A stretch of DNA of 64,000 nucleotides from Chiloscyllium plagiosum. Taxonomy: Eukaryota. The translations under genes were made by a program, and so were the position numbers. Location of the stretch: the NCBI RefSeq assembly GCF_004010195.1, contig NC_057719.1:43926847-43990846 (forward strand). The letters are read 5' to 3'. Each line of letters opens with the position of its first letter. Position 1 is the stretch's first letter. Shown piece after piece: positions 38,178 through 51,519 of the stretch. A model generated the notes under the pieces. The model saw only the letters and a program-made list of their open reading frames with translations. It was not told the DNA's origin and searched no databases.

Positions 38178-40291
38178 CTGAGTATATAAACAGATTAGGT
38201 AAATGCATCATTATGTAATTATTTAAAATACTTTCATTACATTACATAAAGGCAAAATACTACAGATGCTGGAAACAGGAACTTCAAAATAATCTCTTTG
38301 TTTTATAATTCTCCATTTACAGATATTTTGACTTCCAGCTTGCAGGCTATAAAGGGATCTTGGCTTCCTAAATTGTTCTTCTGACTTCTAGCTAAATTTG
38401 TAGCTATGGTACAAAACAGGAAACCTGTTTTAGATTCCTTCAGTTACAGGTTCCAGCAAAAGTACCGTAGTCAGAAACTTCAGCTTTCACTAAAAGTTAA
38501 TGTTCACATTTGTAATTTTGCTTCATATTGCACACATTGGTGCCTTGTGTTTGGAGAAGGCTAGTGCTGTAATTTCTAATATTCAAATGGAAATGTTATT
38601 TGTGCTCAATATCCAATAGTGCTCACTACCTACAAGCCAGAGTGTGACTTTATACACTCAATAAGACATGATGAACAAAACAAATAACTTTTTTTTTCTG
38701 AATGGTTTCACTGCTATCACTGCCATATAACGTGGTCATATGAGCTATATGTAAAAGAAGCAGCTGACAGAATATTCTTCTGAAGACTGTCATTGAGACA
38801 AAGGAAGTTCTTTGCATGGCAATGAGACATCCCTATTGAAGGCCACGACAGGCCATATTGACTACTGAAGGCAGTCTGGACAGAGGTGGCCGAGGAAGGG
38901 CAGCAACTGTGGATGGCTCAAGAGGACTTAGGTCCAGCGCTACAAGAGGATGAATGTTCTGCTGCACTCTACCATGGAAGGCACTGCTTTCTAGTCAATG
39001 CTCCGAACTCTGATGAGTTTAAGGTAGCATTGAAAGATTGCCATAGCATAGAGCTGCAGCACAGGAGATGAGAGTCAGGCACCTTCATCTGAAATCTCAT
39101 GTGCAATCAATGTCTGCCACTTCAATACAGCTACCAAATAATCAGTTACCAGTGCTGTGGTACCAGAGTGGTGCTGCTTCTCAAATGTCAGCCAAGGTTC
39201 ACATGCAAATCACAAATGGAGCTACATCACTCAGTGGCTCATGCACCATTAGGTTACTGATCTTTCATCATAACTAGGGGACTGGACAAATCTGATAGCT
39301 TTTTACAAAAAGTTGATATGGGACAGAATACAACCACAGAAGAAGATTTCCTTTTGAGTTGAGCTGCCTTTCTTTTTTTCATGGGATGTGGGCATTGTTG
39401 ACTCGACCAACATTTATTGCCCATCCCTAATTGCCCAAGAGTCTGAAGTGATATGTAGACCAGACTAGGTAACGATGGCAGTTGCCTTCATAAAGACATT
39501 AATGAACCAGATTGGCTTTTCCAACAATCAGCATTAATTCCAGATTTGTATTGAAATCAAATTCCATCATCTACCATGGTGGGATTTGAACCTGGGTCCC
39601 CAGAACATCACTTGGGTTTCTGGATTACGAGTCCAGCAATAATGCCACTGGTAATTGCCACCCCCTCAAGGTGAACTTTGCTTGCCTGCTCTGGTCAGGC
39701 TTGCTGGCATTAGCTGTTCCACTTGGGCAGGCTTGTTGACCTTGTCAGGCTTCACTCCTTAACACTGTAAGCATTTAATAAAAATAGAAATACTGTATAA
39801 GACTGAGAATTCTCATGAACTGATCAGCATTGAGAGGCTGCACGCAAATAAGCATGTAAAGAAATGGCTTTGTTATGAAGCAATCAAATTACTGATGAAA
39901 TTTATGCTCACAGGAATTTGGATCAAGAAGTCTACCTTATCAGGTTCACAACACAAATATATAGTTGGATTTGTGAACCAAAGTGTTTCCTGTTTTCTGC
40001 ATTATGGAGAATCCTCAATCCGATGGAGAAACATTGATATTTTTGAATGAACCTATTCAGAGATGTTATCACACATCTCTGGAGCAGGTGGGACTTGAGT
40101 CTTGGCCTCATGGCTCAGAGGTAGGAACATTACCACCTGACTGGGGCAAATGGCACTTCACCCAAGACCTTCTGGCCCAGAGGCTGCACCACAAGACTAT
40201 CAGCTCAGTGTTATAATGGCAATGAACACTAACACCTTCACCATCAGTAGAATCCAGGCTGCTATGTTATTCTGAGTTTTACAGTACATAC

Positions 40292-40405
40292 CTTGTCACC
40301 AGTTTCCATTAATTGACTCTCCAGGTTGGACTGCTTTTTTCGCAGCATTTCATTCTCCACATTGAGGACTTTCAGTTCATGTTCAAGTGAGACAATTAAC
40401 TTAAT
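40292..40405 (-). CDS. NIN: Ninein coding exon
   Basis: IKLIVSLEHELKVLNVENEMLRKKQSNLESQLMETGDK; ggcag| ... |gtatgt; 114 nt, phase 0/0. Confidence 0.9.
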
Positions 40406-41228
40406 CTGCCAGGAGAAACAGTTCTGTGTCAGAAACATAGGCTACATTGAACTCTTAAAAAAACGTGACAGCAGTCTGCCTCGGCTTCCGATTGTGAGGG
40501 CATAGGGGCATCAGAATCTTAAGTAATATCGGCACTGCGCAAGATCTATTTTTGGTGTTGTTTTTGTAAAACGGAATTCAACAGCACTTCATGAAACTCT
40601 AATTTCAAATTACATGCAGTAACCTCTTAAAGGCATATAATAAAATTTATCACAAGATTTTGCCCACGGTCTCAACCCTCTTTCATCCATGTGCATCAAT
40701 TACACACTAGACAAGTACAATTACACTATTTCTTTTGGGTGTCTTTGTGTCATTTGAAAGGATTAATTATTGGATGCCTTTCCTTCACAGTCAACCATAC
40801 TCTTTATGGTTTATATCTGTTCCTAATGAAATCTGGATATTTCCTGCAATGGTTGCAATGCTAGAACAGTCACCTTGGTATACACCAATGCTCCAATCCA
40901 AACCACCCCATACTGCTTTTTGCATATTTATCTTCATGACATACCTTTCAAAAAGGATTTAATATACCAAAGCAAACAAACCTACTCTTTTGACATTAGG
41001 CTGAGGATAAGTTCCTGTCTTGAAGCATGTGAAGTGGTGTCCAGCTAGCCTTTAAAGGTGGCAGTAGAATCTATAACCCCAGAAGGTATGGCTAATAGCA
41101 AGAACTTCTAGTCTCATGTGTGACTAACTTGTCTAAGATAATGAGTAGACAAGCATATGATCATTTGAGCTAGCTTATCCTGGGCTTAGAAGGATTTGAT
41201 GCCATCTAACGAACTTGATGCTGTACCT

Positions 41229-41338
41229 TAATTTCAGAATTGAAAATCTCAGTCATTGTGTGGGACAAGCACTTATATCACTCAAGTTGTCTGCCTGCTT
41301 GTCCCACACGATGACTGAGATTTTCAATTCTGAAATTA
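41229..41338. repeat. 43-bp inverted repeat (hairpin) with 24-nt loop
   Basis: 41229-41271 is the reverse complement of 41296-41338 with one mismatch. Confidence 0.92.
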
Positions 41339-41880
41339 TTTGACTGGGATGGACAAAGTCAGAAGTCAGACAACACCAGGTTATAGTCCAACAGATTTCT
41401 TCGAAATCACAAGCTTTTGGAGCATTGCCTCTTCATCAATTGAAGGGAGAGAAGCACACAGGCACAGAATTTAAAGGCCAAGAGATCAATGGGCAGAGAG
41501 ATTAAAAAAATCATACAAATGGTGCAAGTGGAGTGTCGATAGGGTGAATAATAAGTCTTTGCAGGTGATCAAGAGTGTAAGACCATGTGTGTAAAGTGTC
41601 AAAGCTGACTAACAAGTAAAGGGATGACCTATAATCTGATTAAATAAGGCAGACAATAATTTCAAAAAATTATAAATAAGGTGGTGCTGGAGACAAACCA
41701 AATGACTAGAAAAACATAATAGGTATAAGAGTACAATGCCAAGGGTCTAACCAAAGTAATAAGTAATCCAAAACTGTACAAACTAATTAAGGTAGAGAGA
41801 TCATAACAACTTGACAAGGTGATTTTGTCAAAACAGGACAGTAAGGAAGATTTTGCAGATATAGAACAGTGTGGTGGGTG
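41339..41880 (-). mobile_element. Old Penelope-like terminal fragment related to family A
   Basis: caacaccaggttatagtccaacag...aagcttttggagcattgcctcttcatc resembles the arms at 11.0 and 52.0 kb; hammerhead core decayed. Confidence 0.6.
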
Positions 41881-41893
41881 AAGTACCTGTAAG

Positions 41894-42193
41894 AGCAGCA
41901 CGGTGGCTCAGTGGTTAGCACTGCTGCCTGACAATGCCAGGGTGCCAGGGATCCAGGTTTGATTCCTGCCTCAGAATCTGTGTGATGTTTGCACATTCTC
42001 CTCATGTCTGCGTGGGTTTCCTCCCACAATCCAACAGATGTGCAGGTCAGGTGAATTGGCCATGCTAAATTGTCCATTGTGCATTAGTCAAGGGTAAATA
42101 GAGGATAGGGATCTGGGTGGGTTACTCTTTGGAGGGTCAGTGTGGACTTGTTGGGCTGAAGAGCCTGTTTCCATACTGTAGGGAATCTAATCT
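41894..42193 (+). mobile_element. HE1/V-type tRNA SINE
   Basis: gcagcacggtggctcagtggttagcactgctgcc (A box), V-domain, (aatct) tail. Confidence 0.85.
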
Positions 42194-42807
42194 TCTCTCT
42201 GCTAGCCACATTGTCACAGGGGACATCATTTGGTCTAACTGTACACTTATGCTGGCATCTCAAAAACCTCATAATCTGAAAATCTGAGCATCACATGCAT
42301 GATTTGCACTCAAAGGCTTATACCTATCACATCCTTTCAAAATACCAATTCTTCTTGTTCTGATTCCTACTCACTGGGGACATCTCAATAACTCTCAAGG
42401 TTATGCATGATCACAAACTGCTCACACCAATTCCTATCATGTGAAATTCTTCTCTTGGTCTCATTGCAGGAATAACTGGCTCTCAATTGGGCTTGGTGGG
42501 TTAAAACTGGTTGGGGTGGGGCTTGGATCCAGCTCCTCCCCTTTTTTGAAGAAAGTACCAAACTAGCCAGGTAAAATTGGTACCATTCGTTTGCTGTCAG
42601 AGAGACTCCAATTACCAGTAAGCACTATTGTGTCTGATCTTCTCAGATGTGCAAGAAGGCAAACACATAGCTCTGCGTAAGTCCTTCTGTACCTTTACCA
42701 ATTAATTCACTCTCTAGTGCCACTCAGAACTCCATATGGTGAACGAGGCTGCAACCTGAGGATGTCCTGTCCAGCAGCTCAGAGACTGTCACCTCAGTGG
42801 GTGAACA

Positions 42808-43125
42808 GTCATAGAGTCAGAGTTGTATAGCATGGTAACAGACCCTTCAGTCCAAATCGTCCATGCTGACCAGGTATCTTAAATTAATCCAGTCAATATT
42901 GTATCTGTACCAGCATCCATCACTTCATCTGGAAGATTGTTCCATACACACACCATTCTCTGTGAGAAAAAGTTGCCCTTTAGGTCCGTTTTAAATCTTT
43001 TCTCTCTCACCTTAAACCTATGTCCTCTACTTCTGGACTCCCCTACCCTGGGAGAAAAGACTTTGGCAATTCACCCTATCCATGCCCTTCATGATTTTAT
43101 AAACCTCTATAAGATCACACCTCAA
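42808..43125 (-). mobile_element. CR1 LINE 3' fragment
   Basis: (agtcatag) tail and ORF2 C-terminal remnant on the minus strand. Confidence 0.7.
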
Positions 43126-43605
43126 CATCAGCTAGAGTTGACTCGGGGACACAATCAGGTGAGTACATCTACAGCTGATCGTAGAAGAAATACATGAGAT
43201 CTGTGACATTCAGAGACTGCCAGAGATCAAGCACCTGCTCAGCCCCATGAAGAAGATGGGGCTCTGTATCCTGATCTGACATATATGTTCAACTTGGACA
43301 GAGAGGCAAGGGAACACCAGGCAGCTGTGCCAGAGCCTGTTGGTAGCCTGGAACATCCATGTTGTCATTACAGTGATGACTCCAGCACACGGGTGCTGGG
43401 CTACCACCTTGGAAAAGGTTCAGCAGAATGCTCAAAATCTGCTTGATATACATGTGGACCTACACTCCATTGCTCTGTCAGTAAGGTAACAGGACAGTGA
43501 GGCATCTCAGGGCGACAGGATGATGCCACAGGAAAAATACGTTCTAAACATGTACCACTGTAGCTACATCTCAGGCCACTCCAGAGGTACAGCACCCATC
43601 CAAGA

Positions 43606-43957
43606 GGCAGCATGGTGGCTCAGTGGTTAGCACTGTTGCCTCACAGTGCCAGGGACCTGCGTTCGATTCTTGCCTCGGGCGACTGTCTGTGTGGAGTTTG
43701 CACATTCTCCCCGTGTCTGCATGGGTTTCCTCCAGGTGCTCTGGTTTTCTCCTACAATCTGACTCTATGACTCTATGTGTAGGTTAGGTGAATTGGCCAT
43801 GCTAAATTACCCACAGTGTTCAGGGATGTGTAGCTTAGGTGTATTAGTCTGGGGTAAATATAGAGCGGATAGGGGAATGGGTGTGGGTGGTACTCTTCGG
43901 AGGGTCAGTGTGGACTTGTTGGGCTGAAGGACCTATTTCCACACTGTAGGGATTCTG
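43606..43957 (+). mobile_element. HE1/V-type tRNA SINE, near full length
   Basis: A box tggctcagtgg, B box gttcgattc, V-domain, CR1-like tail; contains a short internal gactctatgactctatg (CR1-tail repeat). Confidence 0.88.
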
Positions 43958-44633
43958 TATCTTCCATATCCACCTGCCCTGACAGTGATCCCATTGCCTC
44001 AATGACCTCCGGCTGGGGAGTGGGAGCAAGTGTTGTGCAGGAAACTCTCAGCAAGCCAGGGCCCTGTAAACATAAAGCTCCAAGAGGTACACACCAATGC
44101 CTTCAACACTATCAGGGTTTACCAGTCAATATGCTCCCTCCGTCTCAGGTCCAGAAGTTGGATCTACACTCAGACATAGTGCAAGTTGGAGGCAAAGATA
44201 AACCTTCTGAGGTGGCTTGGTGTGGAATCATTGAACAGAATAAGCACTTCAGTAAATATATATTTTGCAGGCATCTCAGTTTCACAGCATTACTGAATTT
44301 GCAAGCCTTGCTACAGTCTTAAAATTCCACCTGACCTCTCCAAAACCTCTTTGCAATATGTCCCAGCATACATTCCACTTATCGCAAATCTTTTCATTTC
44401 TCTCCCCCCATCAATAATTGGCATTTCAAATTGAAATCCTTTGCCACCATTGTCCTCTCCAGAGTTTTTCAAAGCTTGCTTCTTGGATCACATATCTCTG
44501 CTCAGTGTGCACCCAATTAAAGTAACGTGGGATGTTGTTGTATCAAAAGGTAGTGTACGGGTTGAAACTTTTCTAGTCTGCTCTAACCTAATCAGAAAAG
44601 AGTGATATTGATTTTCTCATGTTTTTAGTTTAC

Positions 44634-44774
44634 CCTCCTGTTGAGATCTTTCTGAATCTGATCATATTCCTTCTTGAGACAGAGCTTCTCCTGTTCAGCA
44701 GCTTTCAGCGTGGCTGACCTGCTGTAGTGTTTTTGCTGTTTGAGTGTCAAAATTGTAGATTCCAAATGTTTGAT
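44634..44774 (-). CDS. NIN: Ninein coding exon
   Basis: IKHLESTILTLKQQKHYSRSATLKAAEQEKLCLKKEYDQIQKDLNRR; ttttgtag| ... |gtaaac; 141 nt, phase 0/0. Confidence 0.92.
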
Positions 44775-45871
44775 CTACAAAAAAGAGAATTAACTTGAAA
44801 TCATATTCAGAAGCATGCAATCTTACCCTTATGCAAAATTCCACCAATCCCAAACTTGTAATCAATTTACTGTTACATAGAAATCCTTATTGTACGCAAA
44901 ATCATTGCTAGAAACATGCATTGCTGAGGTATTCCAGTGGCAAACAGGCCATTAGACTCACAGCCCTTTCGACTGCATCATCAGGGATAGGTTTTTGTAA
45001 TTCTTGTTTAATAGCTGGCTGTTACAGTATCCTTAATAATACATACTGGATACTAAGCTGAAGCTTGCAGGGTAAGTTCAGAAAGATATTTTACTGAATA
45101 ACTAAGCTTAATTAGTTTGATTCACAATTTTTGTTCGTTTAACATAACCTGAGCAGGCAACTATTGGAGCCTTAAGATTGGATTCTGTGCCACTGGGTTA
45201 GGAAATGAAATATCAGTAGTATTTCAAATATATACCAGATCTTCAAAATCAAAAATATTCCAAGGCAAGCTATAGGGAAGGGAGTACTTAAAAAAAAATG
45301 AAATTAACACCAAGCCACGATGGGAGACTTGGCTGAAATAAAAAGGAATTTTGTAATCGCTATTAAAGCCAGAAGGTTGTTATTTTTGAAAAATTGTTCA
45401 TTGAATGCGGATGTCAATGCCAATGTTAGCATTTGTTGCTCACCCCAAATTTTTCTTAACAGCATTTAAGAGCTACATTCATCTAGGTCCACAGTCACAT
45501 GTAGGCTTGACCAGGTAAAGATGTTAGACACTCTTAGGAAAATTAGTGAACTGAATGGATATTTACAAAACTGATCATTGTTTCATGATCCTACTACTAA
45601 GGCTGGCTTTCAATTTCAGATCTTTGTAAAAATTAATTAACTTAATTCATTGCTCTAGTTACTTTTGTGGGATTTGAATTTGTGTCCCCAGAATATCAGC
45701 ATGGACTTTAGGATTACTAGCCATACTTGCTGTTACTTCAATGTCTCCCCTGTTGAGAGGAATCTCAACATATTTCTGGTCCCAAAGGTGGGACCAAACT
45801 CCTTGAAGAAAATCTAGGCCTGTAACGACAGTCAAGAATTCAGATACTCATTGGTTTATTTTCTCAGTTAC

Positions 45872-46051
45872 CTTCTCCCTGGCCTGCTGAAGCTCCCCTT
45901 TTATTTGCTGTCCTTCTTTCTGCAGCCTCTCATTTTCCTGCCGTAGTAATTTCTGTTCCTCTTCCACCAGCCGAGCCAGGTCATTCTGGTAAAACTTTTT
46001 CTGCTGATGCTGAAAATCTGCAGAGTGCAAAGTCAGCTCTAGCATCTGATT
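45872..46051 (-). CDS. NIN: Ninein coding exon
   Basis: NQMLELTLHSADFQHQQKKFYQNDLARLVEEEQKLLRQENERLQKEGQQIKGELQQAREK; ttgcag| ... |gtaact; 180 nt, phase 0/0. Confidence 0.92.
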
Positions 46052-46788
46052 CTGCAAGTCACAGAAAGGAAACACACAGTTAAGTCATCTGAAATATATT
46101 TCTTCTTGATTGTTTTGAAAGGGACCCTCCCCCTACCACTTTCGTATATATCACAACAATTTCTGAAGTGTATATGATTTAGTAGCATGAGGCACTTCAG
46201 GTATCTACTGCTCACTTAAGGAAAAAGTGGATGGTTAATGGGAGAGAATGCATTCATGTGAACTGTCATGTGCACATTGCAGGGGAAGAGGATTGTGCTC
46301 AGGTGTAATGTTCCCATTGATATTTATGGTGTACGTTTAGTGCTAAAGAAGTTACGTTTAACTGCATGTCATTTAGCAGCTGGCACTGCGATGCACCCAA
46401 TTACAGCAAGCATCAGTATTTGGACTGAGAATTGGAGAGGGTGGAAGTAAATAACTGATGCTGTCACTGCACATTTACACTAAACCACATGGAGCTCTAA
46501 CGGGAACCACTGGTTGTTATAAAAATCAGAATGAATTATGTCCTTTCAGGAAGGAAATCTGCTAACCTTACCTGTCTGGCCTACATATGACTCAAGTCCC
46601 ACAGCAAGGTGGCTGACTTTTAACTGTCCTTTGGGCAATTAAAAATGGACAGTAAATGCTGACCTGGCCAGCGATCCCCACATCCCAAGAATTAATTAAA
46701 ATAGTATAGTCATAAAAAGTTATACATACATTAAACTTTTAAAAATTTTGACGGCAGAAAGAATTCAAGCAACGTTAATGAGTTTTAC

Positions 46789-46935
46789 CTTATCTTTGGT
46801 GGTCTGTAGCTGTTTGTGCAATGACATAACTTCCTGCTTTAATGCTTCATTTTCCTGTTGAGCTACACGGAAGTCTGATTTCAATTTTGCTGTCTGGAGG
46901 TTGATACTTTGTGAGCTTTCCTCCAAACTCTGTAT
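46789..46935 (-). CDS. NIN: Ninein coding exon
   Basis: IQSLEESSQSINLQTAKLKSDFRVAQQENEALKQEVMSLHKQLQTTKDK (contains the conserved ALKQEVMSLHKQLQ); ttttag| ... |gtaaaa; 147 nt, phase 0/0. Confidence 0.95.
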
Positions 46936-48826
46936 CTAAAATATAAAATGTCCCCTGTTTACATTTAAATGTTAAATTCAGCCATTAAAAATTATGTCTT
47001 TCACAATATGGTTATAACCTGGAGAGTGGTGGTGCCCCTACTTCTGGATCAGGAAGCCTGGGTTCAAATCCCACCTGCTCCAGAGGTGTGTAATAGCATT
47101 GATTGATTAGAAAAATAGGTATAAGCTGCAATAGGCTCTTCATAAAAAAAAATAGAAGGCCTGTTTCTTGTGGCTGCTGTTACATTTGTTTTCAAGCTGA
47201 GGTTTTCACCTAATATTTTCAGTACACTGCTAATTTCATTCTTTGAAGCACCATTTTCAATAAATGATAAGGAAAACAATGTCATGAAACTGACTTAAAA
47301 TTGTACCCCAAACGTTTTCCACCGTGGGCAGGTATAAGTGAGACAAGACACTTTCTGAAGAAGGTTGGCTGAACCCGAACCATTAACTCTGATTTCTGTA
47401 CACAGACTCTACCAGACCTGCTGAGCCTTTCCAGCAATTTCTGTTTTAACTTCTAATCTCCAGCATCCACAAATCGGTTTTACTTTCTGATGGGTTTGAG
47501 GATTGAGATGAGTCAACCCACCTACTGTGTGTGGATGGGCTGATAAATGACAAGTTTTTTTGTGCCACACAAGTGGCAGGTAATGACCATCTCCATAAAT
47601 GGGGATTTCTAACCATTTCCCTTGACAGCTAATAGCATTGTCATCATTAAATTTCACTTTATCAACAACCTGGGCAGATCTCTGTTCACTATAAACCTAA
47701 CTGCGCCTGCCATAAAAATACAGTGGCTGTAAGAGCAGTTCAGAGGCTACACATTCTGTGACTAACCTGACAGTACAAAGCCTTTCCACGAGCTTCAAGT
47801 CAGAAGTATAATGGAATCATAACCACGTAAACAAATGGCAAGTATACTGAAGAAACCCAATACAATCTTGCACAAAATAGCAGGCATGATTGGTATCCAA
47901 ACCACCAACTTAAACATTAATTCTCTCCACCACTGGCGCCCAGTACTGTAGTATGTATCACATACAAGATGTACTGCTGCAACCTGCCAATGCTTCTTTG
48001 TTAGCATCTTCCAAATTCTTGACTTCTACTAGAAGAACAAATGCAGCAAGTGCATGGGAACACCAATTCCTGTAAATTTCCTCTCCAAGTCACACACCAT
48101 CTTGACTTCACTGTTACTGAGTCAAAATCCTGGAGCTGGCTACATAGCAGAACTGTGGGAGAATGAACCCTCTAAATTATGCAGCCAAAATGTACTATGC
48201 ATGGGACGGGACGGGCACAACCCTTAGGATGCACACATGCACAATAATATTAAAGAGGTCATGCAGCGTAACAAACGAATCATACACGGCAGAGAGAGGT
48301 TAGATGAAGCATTACTACAGATATACCTTTACAACATGGACTATAGTAAGGAGGCCACTGCCAACTTCTCAAGGGCAATTAGGGATTGTTAATAAATGCT
48401 TGTCTTGCCAGTGATGCCTGTACACCATGAATTAATTTTTAAAAATGTAATAGCTGACTCTACAGCACAGAAAGATACCTGAAAAACAAGTCCTGCCTAT
48501 TCTTTTGGTTCTGGACCAAATGCAAATTAAGTATTTGAAGAGATGGCTCATTATGAATAAAACTGGAATTAAAATCACAACCATATATCCATTGTTGATT
48601 GCGGTAAAAACCCATCTGATTCACTAATGTCATTTAGGGAAGAAAATGTGCCGCCTTTGCCTTCTCTGCTCTGTGTGTGACTCCAGACCCACAGTATTGT
48701 AGCTGACTCCTCACTACCTTCTAGGCAATTAGCAGTGACAATAAACGCTGGTCAAGCCAGGGCCTCCACATCCACAAACAGAAAAAATAGCATTTTCTTT
48801 GTATTTCCTTTTCTTTCATACAGTAC

Positions 48827-48940
48827 CTTTTCTTGTGATGTCATCAGCTGACTTGATAACTTTTGGACCTCTTGCAGTGATGTCTGCCATTCTTGTCTCA
48901 AATGTTCTGCCTGCATTTCCATGATATTCATTTTGGTAAT
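48827..48940 (-). CDS. NIN: Ninein coding exon
   Basis: ITKMNIMEMQAEHLRQEWQTSLQEVQKLSSQLMTSQEK; ttcag| ... |gtactg; 114 nt, phase 0/0. Confidence 0.9.
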
Positions 48941-49076
48941 CTGAATGCAAGCATTTACAGATATATAGTTACAAATACATTGTAAAACAATCATTCCTAA
49001 GGAGTTGAAAGACAGTAAGCAGCCACTAACCAGTGCTCTGAATCTAATTGGAACAGTCCACATTAATGTTTCATAC

Positions 49077-49190
49077 CTTGCCAACGCACCGGTTCACTTC
49101 ATCATTCAATGCTTCTTTCTCCCTTGTCAAGTTTTCATTTATGCGCTTTAGAGCAGTGACTTCATCCTCCAATTTGTTGTATCTGGACAA
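49077..49190 (-). CDS. NIN: Ninein coding exon
   Basis: LSRYNKLEDEVTALKRINENLTREKEALNDEVNRCVGK; ttttcag| ... |gtatga; 114 nt, phase 0/0; followed by a 136-nt intron. Confidence 0.9.
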
Positions 49191-50189
49191 CTGAAAATGT
49201 GAGAAATGTATATGGACTTTTTCAACAAAAGTGGATCCATTCCAAAATGCAAATCTATTCATCACTTTCATTACACTTGCATGAAAGACTTTTGAATATG
49301 TACCATATGTAGCATCATTGTTATGTTATTCGACTAATAACATAAAGACACGATTTCTAATTATGTTACAGTATTTGGGGAAGTGAAATCCAATTTGGAA
49401 TTTGGAATAAAAAAGACTATTATTATTAAATATGACTTAACAATGACTGGATTGTTGCAAAAACCCAACTGGTATACTCATGCCCTTGAGGGAAAGAGAT
49501 CTGCTATCCGTATTTGATCTGGCTAACAGGTAACTACTGACATACAATCATGTAATTGGCTCTTAACTGCCTTTTTGAATGGCTTAGCAAGTCATCATGC
49601 CACTTGGTGATGGTAATAAATGTTAGTCATACCCACAGTCCATGAATAAATTAAAATAACATTTTTTTTCGCTAAGTGCATCAAATTTTTATTGGAGAGG
49701 TTTCTGCTGTGAGGATCAGTAAGATTTCTTGCTGTCTCTGACCCAACCTACTCTGCCCTATGGTGTCCCTCAAGTCTATCCTAGCCTGATAGTACGACGT
49801 GCTATTCACAGAACAATTTGCTTCTTTCTGGTACTCATCAAAAGACAAGCATCCATGACATTTGCACCATATTTAAAAGGCAGCTCGGCACCCAGAGAAG
49901 CACTGGCATACTGGACTTGGCCAACTCTGTCAAGGACATTTTTTAAAGCTGTCTAAGAAGAAGATGGCACTGTGATTCTTGGACCTGGAGGGTCCTGTGA
50001 GAGTGTCTGTAAGAGTGGTGAAAGTAGAAACCTCACAATATTTAAGATGTATTGCAATGCCAAAGCATACAAGACTATGGACAAGTGCTGGAAAATGGGA
50101 TTAGTTTAGTTAAGTGGTTGCTTTTGACTGGTGTGGATGCAATGGGCTGAAGGATCTTTTTCTGTGCTATAGGCCTCTATGACTCTATG

Positions 50190-50382
50190 TCAAGATTAGA
50201 GTGGTGCTGGAAAAGCACAGCAGGTGAGATAGCATCTGAGGAGCAGGAAAATCGACATTTCGGGCAGGAGTTGCCCAAAACGTTGATTTTCCTACTTCTT
50301 GGACACTACCTGACCTGCTGTGCTTTTCCAGCACCACTCTAATCTTGACTCCAATCTCCAGCATCTGCAGTCCTCACTTTTG
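50190..50382 (+). mobile_element. Penelope-like fold-back insert (family B) within a CR1 tail
   Basis: Inverted arms tcaagattagagtgg... / ...ccactctaatcttga (to 50349) plus tail; imperfect 15-bp TSD at 50175-50189 and 50383-50397; CR1 3' end lies at about 49995-50189. Confidence 0.75.
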
Positions 50383-50399
50383 CTCTACGACTATATGGT

Positions 50400-51010
50400 C
50401 AAGGAAGTGGTGCAAACGTGAGTCCTATCCCAATGGATTGACAGAGGAGGTTGCACCACCAGACCTTGGCAGCCTGGTCCGAGGTTGCTACCCAGGTCAG
50501 CGCTAGCTCCGTGATCCAGAGGAACAGCCTGCAGTGCTACAAGAAAGTCAATTTCTTTCTGCTCCACCAGGTCAAGTGTCACATTGTTCCCTCTACTATC
50601 TCACACTCACTCTCTCAGCAACTGCACCAACCTTCCACCAAGGATCTCTCTCGACCACTTTCACTGATGCCTACAACATCTTCCCTGCACTCACACTCAA
50701 CAATATCCCCTACCCTGGCTACCACAGCACTAACCTTGCATGGCCTTTGTGCTGCCTACTAATTTGGGACACCTCACTCCCTACAGCAGCATTAATAGCT
50801 GTGCCAGCCATTTTCACCACTCCCAATGACTCCCCACCTCTCATTCAAGGAGAAGACATTCATTAACAGGGGCAGTACCAGGCCAGGACAGGCTGAGGGG
50901 CGCTGGACAATAGGCTCCGCACTTCAAATCCTGGCCATTGCAGGAGAAGACTGGAACTAGTCCTGAGGGGATGCAAAAACCATCCATGTCCCGCCAACAA
51001 GTAAGTACTA
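50400..51010 (+). mobile_element. Possible PIF/Harbinger Myb/SANT-protein remnant
   Basis: HQTLAAWSEVATQVSASSVIQRNSLQCYKKVN resembles the Myb/SANT-like (AW.EVA..V......R...QC.KK.N) domain; decayed. A weaker similar stretch lies near 38870. Confidence 0.45.
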
Positions 51011-51519
51011 CTACTCATTCCTCTGCAACTCTCACAACCTTGCTGTCGGTGTCATTTATGGCAAACTACTTATAACCACTGGCCACAATGTTTTCTCTCC
51101 TCTTGTCTTACAGCTACCACCAGCATCTTCACCATTACTGCAGTGAAATGCCCAGCACCCCCTGACCCTCCTCCTTGGCCTCCGAGGACAAGCATGCTGA
51201 GGCTGCAGAGGAAGCATTGGCAAGGCTGCCTTCTGCACCAACCAACTGTTCAAATGTAGTCATCTCACTGGGAATGTCACGGTTGGAAAGTGTGGGAGCA
51301 CAATCTGGTGAGGTCATCACATTGCAGCTTTTCAGCTGGCAGAGAAAATGCCCCAAGCTGCTGGCACATGGAGAACTGCCCAAGACCGGGTCCCTGCTCA
51401 CCACTTGCATCATCTTCCCTGATATGTCCTATCCCACTGGCAGGACAGACCCAGTAGAGGTGGTGGCACAGTGGTATACAATTAGAGGGGAATTGCCCTG
51501 GGAGTCCTCAACATTGATT

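Noticed and set aside
43606..43680. tRNA genes at the A/B-box sequences (also 2310, 12730, 41894)
   Set aside because: They continue into SINE bodies and LINE-like tails and do not form clean cloverleaves; they are SINE heads.
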